Below are positions 44,217-56,265 of a DNA stretch of 64,000 nt, one piece after another. Under the pieces are notes generated by a model. The model saw only the letters and a list, made by a program, of their open reading frames with translations. It was not told the origin of the DNA and ran no database searches. This DNA is from Balanoglossus misakiensis (Eukaryota; Animalia; Hemichordata). Every line of letters begins with the position of its first letter. Position 1 is the first letter of the stretch. A program made the translations under genes and the position numbers. The stretch is taken from contig CM082591.2 in the NCBI GenBank assembly GCA_040954595.2, positions 2,813,258 to 2,877,257 on the forward strand, in the 5' to 3' direction.

Positions 44217-47200
44217 ATCAAACAATGCTACACAGTTATTCTAATGAGGAAAGAGCAAAGTTAAACAAAGTCAGTTAACATTTGAGTATTCTCAAGATAT
44301 AGCCAGAAAATATCACAAGATGTTATGTTCCATGTGAATTTACATATGGATTTATAGTTTCATGGACGACTGATGGATGGATTGATGGATTAACTGTTTA
44401 ATCAGTCTTAATGTACTTATTTTCTGTCTTTTATATTTAGTGCGGCGTTATTCTTAACTTTGATGTGGAGGAACAAGGTCGTTTGTTCAATTAGATTTTT
44501 GCATTCTACAGCTCAGCGGTAGTATGTGCCTCTCAGACAGATTTTCAAAAAGGATATAATCCTCGAGACTTTACAAAAGAAAAGTGTGTGAGGACTTTCG
44601 TGGAAAAGGAAAAAAAAACAAGGTGATTACCATCTTGTTTTCAAAAAATACAGTGCAATGTACTTTAAATTTTCTCCAAAGAATTATCACGGAGATGGTG
44701 GCCATGTTGGATGTCTTTTTGATAAATGTGGTACAATATGATAGAATTGAGTTGTATCATTCAAAATTTTTTCACAGTGACCCCTAACTTGTGTTCCTAA
44801 TGGTAAGAGAAAATAATCCAATGATGCCTTGAGCAAAATATTAGGAACATTTTAATACTGATTTTAGAGGCACTCTCTACCATATATTGGCCATGACTTT
44901 GACGAGCATGCTAGTGTTGCCAAGTGATAAATGATCATAGACTGTCCTGTGGCTCACAATATTTCTGAATTTCCTAAAACATACTTTTTCGATTACATTT
45001 TTTTTGTAAACTGTTGTAAAACTATCCCATTCTGTTCACCTATCTATTATATAAGCTGAGAAAAACATACACCGTCAAAAATATACCCCTGCAAATTTAG
45101 CCACTATGTAATAAGTTCCATCTAGATTGAAATCTGGATAGAACCTTAGTTTGTGCAGCCCAACTAAATCATGTATTTGTTTCTCATGCTAAACCGATAT
45201 CACCGACGTCATCTCATGTACGTTGCACATGCAAAATTGTTTCTAAAATGGAAAGGGAAACGTGATAAGTCTTTTTGCCTGGGGTGGCGTTTGTTAATTT
45301 TATCACTAATGACAGCGGAAGCCAAAGTTAATTGTATTTTCACCTGCCTAGTGGATAGGATTGCAGTGGCATCATATCATTTGCATAATTGGGGCAAGAC
45401 CTTCTGCTGTTCTCTTGACTGCCGTGTGACTTAAATGTCTTATGAGCTGTTGCAATAATCTCCCATCTATTTTTTCTTTGTATGTATCACCCTGTTATAC
45501 TTCCATTTGTAGCATCATCATATTCAAAGAAACGAAATGGCAGGTATGGATGATGTTACATTAAAACTATTCTATTTTCCTGCCAATCTGTGGGTTAATA
45601 TCCGTTGAGAATGATTCATAAGAGGAAACAATTTTACAGAATTAGATGGATATATTTGCTTAGCCATTAGTTCTCACGCACATGTCTTGTAATGTAGTCA
45701 GCACTTTTCTGAAGACTGTTTTGTTGCTTTGCATATGAATTCTCATGTGCTCTATAAGTTTGGGTTTAGCTGTTTCAAAAAACAGGAAACGCCCGTTCAG
45801 ATATGTCTGGTCTTGCACATCCAAACAGCCGTATTCAATCCTACTCTTGAATAATAAACCAACCCGTTCCTAAAATTACCCCATTGTAGAACTTCCTGGT
45901 CTAAAATGGGTGTTGCACATATAATTGAACCGACTTTACAAATTTTGGGTATGCATCGAATGTGGACATTATCTGTACACTGGTGTAGTTCAGTTTGACT
46001 TTGAGAGAATCAAGGATTAAATTCTCCATTTCCTGTCAAAAACGGCACTATGTGTCTGACTTTCTGGAATACAATACTTAACTCGGTCAACATGACAGTG
46101 TTTCCCCTTGTCAGTGATCGACTGCCTAGCAAATTCCACCTGGTCGAATGGATTTTATGTGACAGCACTGATACTAAACTGTTGTCTCACCTGCACGTAT
46201 ATCAGCAAATGTGAAAGACTTTTGACAGCTTAAGATACTATGGACATTATGGCACCATTGTTTCCTGATGTTTCCGATGGAGCAGGAAGACCCTGCTCAC
46301 CTGCCTCCGTGAAATTGAACAATCCAAAATGTTTGTTCTCTTTTTAATGGCATAATTTTTTCAGTTAATTTGATATGATGGTGTAACTTGTTCTGATAAT
46401 TACTGGTAGGAAACATGACGTATTGTAAAAACTTTCTGTTCGAGCCATACTACCTTGCTTCATTCAGGTCAAACCTGTTACATATTATCTGTAAAAAATA
46501 ACACTCTTTCAGTGAACTTGCGGTGTATACCCTATCTTTTGTCATGAAGATGAGATGATATGACTTGAACTCGCTTTTGTTGCGCTATCTACCTCTCTCC
46601 GTTTTGTTATTTTGCTGTGACATTCTCTGAGTGCTATGACATACAGATTAATGCAGCTTGATAAGGCCATTCTGTCTTTAGCCATATGTGATTGCTACAT
46701 GTATATTGGGTAGATGGGTTTGTCAAATGTCATGTGTATAGTGTATGTACTTCTACCTTGAAGAAGGCATTTGCATTTCAAAGTTGCAATTTGCATTACA
46801 AAGGGCTGCCGATATTGTGTTATAGAAAATCAGAATTAAATACACTAAATTATTCTTAAGCACAGAAGGTGTGAACGCTATTATGGTCCACTCGAGTTTG
46901 ACGTTTAATAGATGGAGACTTAAGTTTTCCTGGGAAACCTCTTCTTGGCAATACTTCAACGGGGATTGCTGCTTGTAATGACCACTCATCGCAATCCGTT
47001 CAGGAATCAACGCGTGAATTTCCGTCTATAAGGAGAAAGAGGAGAAGGCGTTCTAGGAAAAGATGAACTCGTTCCGCGCATTGAAGCTGTCGTGACGTTA
47101 AATCGTGCGCGTCATGCTCTGCGACAATTACCGGCGCATTGTTCATGAATGAAGCAACATTTTTCCCGTTCAGATTGACTTGAACCTGTGGACACCATGT

Positions 47201-49031
47201 CGCAGTAGCGGTGGATTGATAACGAAATCTAAAATCAAGAAGTGGGCCACTTGATTGATAATGCCCGATTACAGCTTTACGGCACGCGTGTCATTTTTTA
47301 AACCTCCCGGCGACGGGCAAGCCCTCGTAATCTTCGGCTCGAACAAGAATCGTGAGCATGGCTAATCAGAAAATGCAATTACCATGCAAAGTGTGAAGCA
47401 TTTGACGTTAAATGACCCACCCTCTGATCTTTATCTGATACCACAGTCCATTACACAGATCAAATTGATACCACGAGCGCAAAGCCCGGGAAACTTTCAT
47501 GAGGGATGGGGGAATATGTGTTAGAAGTTTACCGGACAGATACTCGCGGGATATCCCTCTTAGGAAAGGTGGAGTGGGTGTGACTGCGTGATGTTGTACT
47601 TGGAGTCCAGCTCCAGATTGTGACAACGTGCATTTCTATGACATGCAGACAAGCACACGCAGTCCTTATAAGGTGTAACAACCAATATTCAGTTCTTTAC
47701 GTTTACCTACACTGTCATATTGAGAACTCGGGGCTTAAACAGAAAGTAGCAGATGAATAGATAAAGTAATGAGTGATACTTCGGCAAAGGAAATTCTTTA
47801 CGCGAGAGATTACAAACAGTGAATACTCTAGTTTGATATATCAGATGGGCACAAGGGAGACATGTTGAAGTTCCACACAGCTTATCAAAACCATTGAATT
47901 AAAGATGTGTGTATTTACAAGGTACTTGATAGTATAAGTCCAATCTTCAGTAAAATGAATGGTGAAGTGTTGTATCGGCATCATGGGTCTTGCGGATGAC
48001 AAGTGTAATGCGAAAGTTGATTATTTCAAAGTCTCTGCTCGTGCATCGAGGTTAAACGCCCTCCTGGGAACCACGTTGTCGCTTCACTGAAGTTCTCAGA
48101 GCGTCAGTCACGTCACTGAAGCTACGTGGGAATATGCACACTTTCCTCTGGCTTAGGGATTCTCGAACTATCGATTCTACCAATAGGGTGACGTCATGAG
48201 ATTAATGGGGATTCCACGAGATTGTGCGAGATTTGATGAAGCAAATTCGTTGTATAATTATTGTATCTGTGTTGATCGTTCATTGTTTATTCGATCGCAC
48301 ACTTGAAGTCCTTTAGTTGTCTTGGGACTTTTTTGAAATGTCTGTCCACAGGCCTGAATGATTCTTTACGTGACATAGATTATAATAACATCTCTGTATG
48401 ATTCAACTTTAAAGTTTAGCCATTTTTCATCTATACATTTCACTTCAAAAATTTGTGGACGTTGAGGTACTATAATACATCTCAGGCAGGCGGAAACAAG
48501 GCGTATGATTGCCTATGTATAATATAATACATTTGCAAGGGCTGTGATGCCTCTTCACTCAATTATATAACATCATATCGCCAACACAGTGAGATCTGTT
48601 AAATCTCTGTTCGTGACATCTGTACTGAGTCAGCACAGAAATTTAAAATAATTATGTACGTAGGGTATCTTTAGTATTTTCAACTTCAGTCATCCAGCTA
48701 AAAGAGATTTGTTTGTAGGTCATGTTTGGCCTAACATTAGTCTAAAGGATCAAGTGTGTGTTAATTTTAAAGCTACACATTGTGATATACCATAAACCTA
48801 CATCACAGTTCTGCTATCAGAGCCAGGCAGCATTTAAAAATCCGACATGATCATGACATCATGCGGGGGCTGAGATTGCCAGCCCACAGCGGGCTCGCAA
48901 ATTTTCAAACGCTTACTGAATTTGGAGTGAGGGCGTGCTTTAGGGCTCATACAAAGACATAACTCATCAATTAATTTACACCAATAAAAAGCGAACAGTC
49001 AGCCAGTGATAGGTTACTTTAATGTTATTTA

Positions 49032-49174
49032 AGCAATAAAACACCCCCAGCCATGGTATACCACGAGATTTTGACCAGTTCACGACATATACGCACGACC
49101 GATAGCGAGTGCGTATATGGAGTTGAACTGGTCAAAATCTCGTGGTATACCATGGCTGGGGGTGTTTTATTGCT
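49032..49174. mobile_element. Near-perfect palindrome (~65-bp arms), MITE-like
   Basis: agcaataaaacacccccagccatggtataccacgagattttgaccagttca..catatacgcac, a short loop, then gtgcgtatatg..tgaactggtcaaaatctcgtggtataccatggctgggggtgttttattgct. Confidence 0.75.
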
Positions 49175-49784
49175 ATTATATTATGCCAGTATATTGAAAC
49201 TTTGCATAAAACATTTTAAAAAGGCATTTTCTTTGACTATGATATATGACTGTGGTATATGGCTAATATATCACGGTCACGTGTCGTGTCTCGACCAATC
49301 AAATAACGTGATTTACACCATCAATATACAGGTATAATATAATAATTATTTCTGTATCATTCATTCAAAAGCAAATACATGTTTTACATAATTATATAAT
49401 GTCTATATATACATGTATGATTGATATCAACGTCTATTAATATTTCAAGGGCAAATATCAGTATAGGAATTTTCATATACATTGAGAACGTTCAACCTAA
49501 ATATCTTTATATATTCATAGTTCTGTATGTTTTTACATCTTTGTTTTTGTTGCATTGTTATTTTTCAAGGGCAGTGTGAAAAAGTACAATTATCATTGAG
49601 TCATTCGTCCTTTCATATAAAACCGTAGAAAATGAAGAATAAAATAATACATGTAGTATATCGTTTGCAAGAAACAATTCGGCATTATAGTAAGTTGAGA
49701 GAGGAACTGCCATCTGCGGTGATCGCCAGGTTTCCTTCGTTTTGTCTATTGGAAAGAGAAAGAAAACAGGGCGTGAATGTCAAT

Positions 49785-49801
49785 ATGTATGTATGTATGT
49801 A

Positions 49802-49851
<50 letters not shown>

Positions 49852-49961
49852 TGGCTGTCAGTCTGTCTGTATGTATGTACATGTATGTATGTATGTATGT
49901 ATGTATGTATGTATGTATGTATGTATGTATGTATGTATGTATGTGTGTGTGTGTGTGTGTG
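49785..49961. repeat. Compound (GTAT)n/(GT)n microsatellite
   Basis: Visible directly; lies in the 3'-UTR intron of peptide paralog B. Confidence 0.97.
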
Positions 49962-50022
49962 TTAGCATCTATGTATATTTGTTGTAACATTGGAGAGTTA
50001 AATTACATTCCTGTGTACCTCG

Positions 50023-51773
50023 CTATCGTTGGATCTTTGTCATTTTCCTCTGGCTACCCATCAATCGACGGAGAAACTTGTAGTCTTCTTTGGCGTCTCG
50101 GCTGCCCTCTCGCGCAAGCTTTGCCCTTGACTCAAACAGCCTGTCATTTGCTATTCCGTCATCCCTCCTGATGGCAAAAAATAAGAAAGGTTCTTTAATC
50201 GTTGCATTTGGTGTGATACAGCCTTTTCAAGCCCAGCGCCCTCATGCAGACATTATAAACTTGAAAACACAGCTTTCCCCAAAACAAAGCAAAAGACCCT
50301 AATCACCAGTGATGGCACTCTCGGGCGATATCATTGGTCGTGCGGCTATAGTACGGTCGGTAATTTAAGTAGGAATTTATTTCGTACCTGGTTGAATTTG
50401 TCAACAAACACCACTAACAGCCAAACAAGGCGCTTAATTTGTTTGTACATCCTCCCGTGTTTATAATCTAACAGAGCTGTACAGTTCAAGTACGAACATC
50501 CGTTACACCGATACACGTCAACAAACTTTACTAATAATCAAAGCTAGAGTGTTAAGGCAAAACAAACAACCCAAGTACGTCATGTTGATTTGGTTTTCTG
50601 GCAAATTGACGCATTCCGCATACTTTGCACGGAAAGTCACATGTTTAGTAGGGGACTACCCAGATGCACTGCGTGGTTGTCACATTCCATAGCCTCAGTG
50701 TAGACTTTTGAGAAACACCGATAATACATGAAGCATACCACATGACTAGGATGGCGCACTATAACAGGCCTACCTTGTAATGAAGGTCTTCATGAGTCGT
50801 TTAGCAATACCAATGCCACCTCCAACACAGTGTGCCTTGTTTTGAGCTGATGTCCAACTACCACTGCAAAGGTTAAAATGTCAAGGTTATTTCGGAGATT
50901 TGCCAATTTCCATATTCCTTTTCATGCATTTTGGCGAAAGGAGTGTTTGAATGCAGAAATGGATAAATCTGACTTTGGGCATATCTCATTCTTTTTTTGC
51001 ATTCCGATCTCTAGACATCGACTCTGGAGTCACATTCCACACATTCTATGTCCGTCTCCACGTTGTTGACCTTGACTATGAGATATCTGTATCTTTTTCA
51101 CCTGATGAACACCACCGCGATTAGATTAGATTACATTAGATTAGATTAAATTAAATTGATTGCTTGCACTCAACAGGTGGTTCTTCTCTGTAGAAACCTA
51201 TTATAAATATTCCACGTCATTCTCGTATCACATGATCGAAATGACAAAATTGACGATTTCGGAGTTTTGAAAGAAAGGGCATCGGCACCTTACAGACTAG
51301 CTTCGAAAGGTTAGTACAAGTCGCTGAACTTAAGTAAAATATGGCGACTAAAACTATCAATGATATCAATGTACCTAGCCGAGACAGTAAAAATGCCTTG
51401 GTGGTTTTTTCCACCAATCAACGAACGATTAGCGGTCAGCTGGTATTTAGTGGTGACAGCAGATCATCATCAACCTTTTACTGTCATAAATATTTGCCTT
51501 ATCAACGAATATAAGTACGCAACTTTGATGAGGGTGAAATGTCCGAATTATGATGTGGTGATTCTGCACGTCTGCACAAGGATAATCAATGTAGCTCTTT
51601 TATTTAAATGCCCAGAGAAGACAAAGTTTGGCAAGTAGAAAATTTCATGAAATTTTGAGGTGCGAGAAAGATTAAGCGACACAATTGGACCGTACTTACC
51701 ACGTCTGTGCCTGCACATATTGCAGTGAAATCGCCAGAAATGTAACTAAAAGTACCGCGAGTTTAAAAGACAT
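50023..51773 (-). CDS. Secreted disulfide-loop peptide precursor, paralog B (102 aa)
   Basis: Exons 51773-51700 (74 nt), 50863-50774 (90) and 50167-50023 (145), phases 2,2, give MSFKLAVLLVTFLAISLQYVQA-QTCGSWTSAQNKAHCVGGGIGIA-KR-LMKTFIT-RR-DDGIANDRLFESRAKLAREGSRDAKEDYKFLRRLMGSQRKMTKIQR*. Supported by sequence and exon-structure similarity to paralog A. Confidence 0.85.
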
Positions 51774-53065
51774 GGTTGTTCGGTAGGCTATCAGGCGGAG
51801 AGAGGGAAGGACGGTGAGAAATAGAGAGGAGGGGGAGACAGAGAAAGGGAGAGAGTTAATGAAAAGAAAATCATGAGTTGTTGCAAGTAACGAAAGCACA
51901 CAATTCGTCGGAACATTTTCAAGTACCTGACAACTGCAGATCTACAATGTATTGCTCGTTTTGGGTTTGAGTACAGTGCTTACGACACTCCCTGTTTTGC
52001 CTTCAACGACTTGACTGAAACAAACAACTTTGTATTATTCCTTTTTATGTGCAATAAAAGTTTTTTGTCCGCTATTTATTTCAGTCAATTTAGCTTTGCT
52101 TATATTCGATTTCTTTGGTTTCGTTTTGCTCTTATATGTAGGCAGCGTTAAATCCAAGTGTTCGTTGCTGCCATGCACAGCCTAAATTCATAGAAAAAAA
52201 ATGGAAGTGCATTTATCGTTGTAGAGACTGCATGTGAAATGTTTTCAAAGGACATTCATTCATCAATGAGCCTATTATCGAAAATACCAGAAATCTTGTT
52301 GGTAATGAAAGAAAGACCTAGAGATGAAATGTTTTGTACTTTTGTGGCTTTTCGCATCGTCCCCGAGTTATATCATAGGGTTTCATGTTGAACAGGCACA
52401 TGCGCACTGAACTGTGTTGGGAATCTAGAGGAACAATCGAACATTCTCAAGTTGTTGTTTTTTAAAGAAAAAGGTCCCTCGTTACAAAATTTCAGGTGTG
52501 CTATAACTTGAAATTTTCGGTGACAGAATCAAAATGTTTTAATTTTTCTTTTGTCAAGCAAAGGTATGAATTTCTAGTTCAATTCATACACAAATGTCTC
52601 AAAGTCACCATGAAATGAGAAAAATATCATTTCGAAAGAAAATTGTGCGAATAAGGTTTATATGTTAGGTATTTCTTTAAGGAAACTATAATATTCACCC
52701 ATATTCTTAGTTTGGCTAATAAGTCGATATCGCATATACTTGCATAGGTGAAAAGACAAATACAATTCAATGCAGCACAGTTAACTAAGCCCACCAAACA
52801 AAAATTCGTTAAATTTACCTTTGTTTTTCCTTTGAAGTTGTTGTTAAAGACAGCTGAAAAGTGCTTGACTTTGCTTGAACTTGCTTGCAATGGAGAAAAA
52901 GTTGAATTGGTGCACGTGTTCAGAAGGAAAAGCGATTCTACACAAATAGTGAGATTGACTCGTCAACTTTGCACGCAATTTAAAGTTCAGTCTTGTCGAC
53001 GTACAACTCAGGTAATCGATACCATGAACACTCAGAGCGCAAGGATGACTCCCAGTTCGCGGTGC

Positions 53066-53076
53066 GCCTTATAAAC
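53066..53076 (-). promoter_or_regulatory. Candidate TATA box for paralog B
   Basis: Minus-strand TTTATAAGG. A downstream donor (aag|gtaaat near 52818) and a polypyrimidine acceptor at about 51788, just before the ATG, suggest a non-coding exon 1. Confidence 0.35.
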
Positions 53077-54739
53077 GTTGCGGAAGCCCCCCCTACGCAC
53101 GAAGGAATTCGTCACATGAGGTCAAACCTATTGACCCCGCGCACGACAAATAAACCTCCATGATGGAATAGATTCTGGTGATGATGCTTTGGCATACCGC
53201 AGCATATTTTCCCGAATCCCTGAGACGCCCGGTAACCCCACCAATTCCATTAAGCGATAGGACAGGAATTTAATGATTATAGTACTAGTAGTCGGTGACA
53301 TGCAAATCAAACGTCCACAACTGATAATCAAGGTATTCAGTTCTATGGTTTACGGATTGTTTTTCGAATGCATGAAATAGTAAAAAATACTTTTATTTTG
53401 TTTTTAGCATTTCAACAACGTCCAAAAGTACACCTTGCACTGACAGTTATAGATGAACAATTCTCCCTTGCCACAATAAAGATCTACAGTCATCTATGCA
53501 AATTTAACCTCTGTTTCCATGGAAAATTTAAATAATCCAATTACAGATTTTTAGTTGGTGGCACACATGAAAAAAGTACGCCACCACATAATCATTCGAA
53601 AACTTGGACACGCCCTCTTGACCATGTATAGGATATGTAAATTAGCGGTAACTGTATACTTTACATAAATTACGCATAAACTGTATCAATATTGGCACGT
53701 GTTGCTTGTTGCTCAGGTCAACCAGCCGACAAGGTGGGTCGACTGGTAGCGCAAGTCTCGCTAAATCCCCTCACACGATGTAATTAAAAAGGCGGGGAAC
53801 AAGAGCGTAATTAATTCGTTGCCGATAATACAAACATGCACATTTGCACGTTCCAATCACCCCGCAGTGGAATTAAGCCAACTCAATTGGTCTTTATCTC
53901 ACGTGAGCTTGTTGACTGCGGCTATATCTGGTAACAAGTATGCATACTCTGTCTAAGGTGTGCCCAGCAAATCAGGGTCGGTCACTAACACGAAGTCTGC
54001 GATCAATAAAATGCTAGGAAGGATGGTTGTCATCCCGTGTGCGGGTATGGGTCCTATACACTTCAACTCTTCATTTACTTTACCCATCTTCAGTGGCCAA
54101 TGTGTACGTTCTGTTGACCAAGGGTGAATTTTATTTCTATTTGCCATACTAGTCTGTTGCCCATACTAAGGTGATTTTATTACAATTCTCACATAAACAA
54201 CATCCGGGAAACTGAAAGACATGGGTAGTGAGCGAATCAAGAGTTCACAGATACAAAAGATCTTGAATAAATGTGAATTCATTTTAATTTGCAAACAATA
54301 ATATGAAAAAAGCTGAATACGCATAAAACACAGAAAACATACCAGGAAGTATACATATCAGAAACATCAACCAGTAAAGTAATTTACAGTTAACTTCATC
54401 AAAACTGATAACGCGACACTAATAGTTTGTCTAAAGTGTGACCAGTTAAATTCAGACGCGGATATATGATGCAAAGGATAAACTGTATTTGGACAAGCAA
54501 AGCCGACGTCAAATAAAGTAAATCTATCGCCAACTCAGAGGCGTTTATCGCTTAATTTTCAATGTGCAATCAAACAGTAACATTGGAAATATCTTAATTG
54601 AAAGACAGAAACAAACTTATGGTATAAAAATCGGCAAGAAGTGTTTTGAAAATGTTGGTAATCGTGTTTAAATATGAGAAATGAAATGCTAAAATTGATA
54701 ATAAATATAGAATGAGGATTTCAATCTTCATTCTTCCAT

Positions 54740-56265
54740 TCAATAACCTAGAAAGGAGAGAGAAAAAAAATCATCATCATCATCATTTCACTGTCATTTT
54801 GACATAGTGCACTAATACGTTGAAATTAAACAAAAAATGATGACTTTCATTTAATTTCTGTATCCTACCTTGCGATCTAAGGCTCGCCCTCTTGTATCCC
54901 TCCAACACTTGGCGAAGTAGTTCCAAGTATTCTGATTTCGGGACAGGAATCTGGTCGTTTTCGCCGACATTCATTTCTTCATCGGCAAATATAGGCTCTT
55001 GTACACCCTCGTCGTTTCTGAAATCGCCAAAAGATAGGCACATGGGATAAATTATCAGATATGATAACCTTGCTCATAATGGCTTCCTTTGTATTTGTCC
55101 TTATAATTTTGCGTGGTTTCTTTACCTGTGTTTCTTTACTACAACATAGCCATGCATGCCTTGTGACCTGGGTATAATATAGTAGGGTCAATGTACGAAT
55201 TCACCTAGGGTCACTTCGACCTTTTAAATAAACCTACAGCTAGACGTACTTAATACGACTGACTTACTGGCTAAACGGTCGATTGTAAGCTTCATCAATT
55301 GAATGATTGATTGATTGATTGATCAGTTGGTTTAGGATGCCTTACCTTTTATTAAAGCTTTCCCTTATTCTTTTCACTATACCGATACCACCTCCTTGAC
55401 AGAACACTTTGTGTTGAGCTTGTGCCCAGCTACCTTTGCTGTGAGAGAAATTCAATAATTTGGTTTGATTTAACATGACATTCTCATGCAGTAGATATGA
55501 TAGGAATTTAAGAGAGGGTTGGCATTTTCGCGTATTTCCGCTCGTTTCCAAGAGCTGGCCAAGTACGAGATACATTTGACAGTAATAGGCGATAATCTAA
55601 ATGTTTGCAGTCAACTTCAGATAGAAATATTGATTATTTGCCCTTCTGCGTTTAGCGGCACCGTACTCCGGTGACATCAACTTAAAAGACATTTTCTAGT
55701 TTAGTAAAAAAAAACTATTGAATGTGGACAGAATAGACCTAAAATATGCTACATGAACGCATAAATTACAACAATTACATAAAAAAGATGGAAGAATGTG
55801 TAAGAAAACGAACAAACATTCATGATAGATTTTAAAAATATGCATAAAAGAAATAAAAGACAGACAGAAGTCTGAAGTATCCAATCAAATTGAAACACAA
55901 GGATAAAAAAGCAGACAATCTGTATTATATAGTGACTGCAGTGTTTGTTTTTGCCTGCTTTAACATGGAATTTCATCACTATGGCCAAACAGCAACAAAT
56001 CGTCTCGTCAACCTGTTGATCAAAATAAAACTCTGCACACCTGCTCTTCTGGAGTTAACTTGGGAATGCTATTAGGAACACTTAACAGCTACTCTATATA
56101 ATTAATTTCATTGAGGTATTTTAATAGCTAAAATATAAACACTCCATGAGGGCAATGGCTTGGCCTATATACTTACCATGTCTGGGCATGCGCATGTTGT
56201 GCTGAAATGGCCATGAAAATTATCGCAAGAGCCACGAGTTTTAGATTCATGCTTGTCTTGTACAT
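54740..56265 (-). CDS. Secreted disulfide-loop peptide precursor, paralog A (112 aa)
   Basis: Exons 56265-56177 (89 nt), 55438-55346 (93), 55017-54869 (149) and 54747-54740 (8), phases 2,2,1, give MYKTSMNLKLVALAIIFMAISAQHAHA-QTCKGSWAQAQHKVFCQGGGIGIV-KR-IRESFN-KR-NDEGVQEPIFADEEMNVGENDQIPVPKSEYLELLRQVLEGYKRASLRSQGY*. Confidence 0.87.

Noticed and set aside
50774-50863. Insulin/relaxin B-chain (CGS-x9-C spacing in paralog B)
   Set aside because: No A chain: there are no other cysteines in either precursor, the B-chain hydrophobic residues are absent, and paralog A has different spacing.
51696-56265. pQTW... GnRH/corazonin/AKH-like peptides suggested by ORFs ending in AQTW
   Set aside because: The TGG is TG plus the G of the gt donor. 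After splicing the codon is TGC/TGT (Cys), and no W-x-x-G-amide motif follows.
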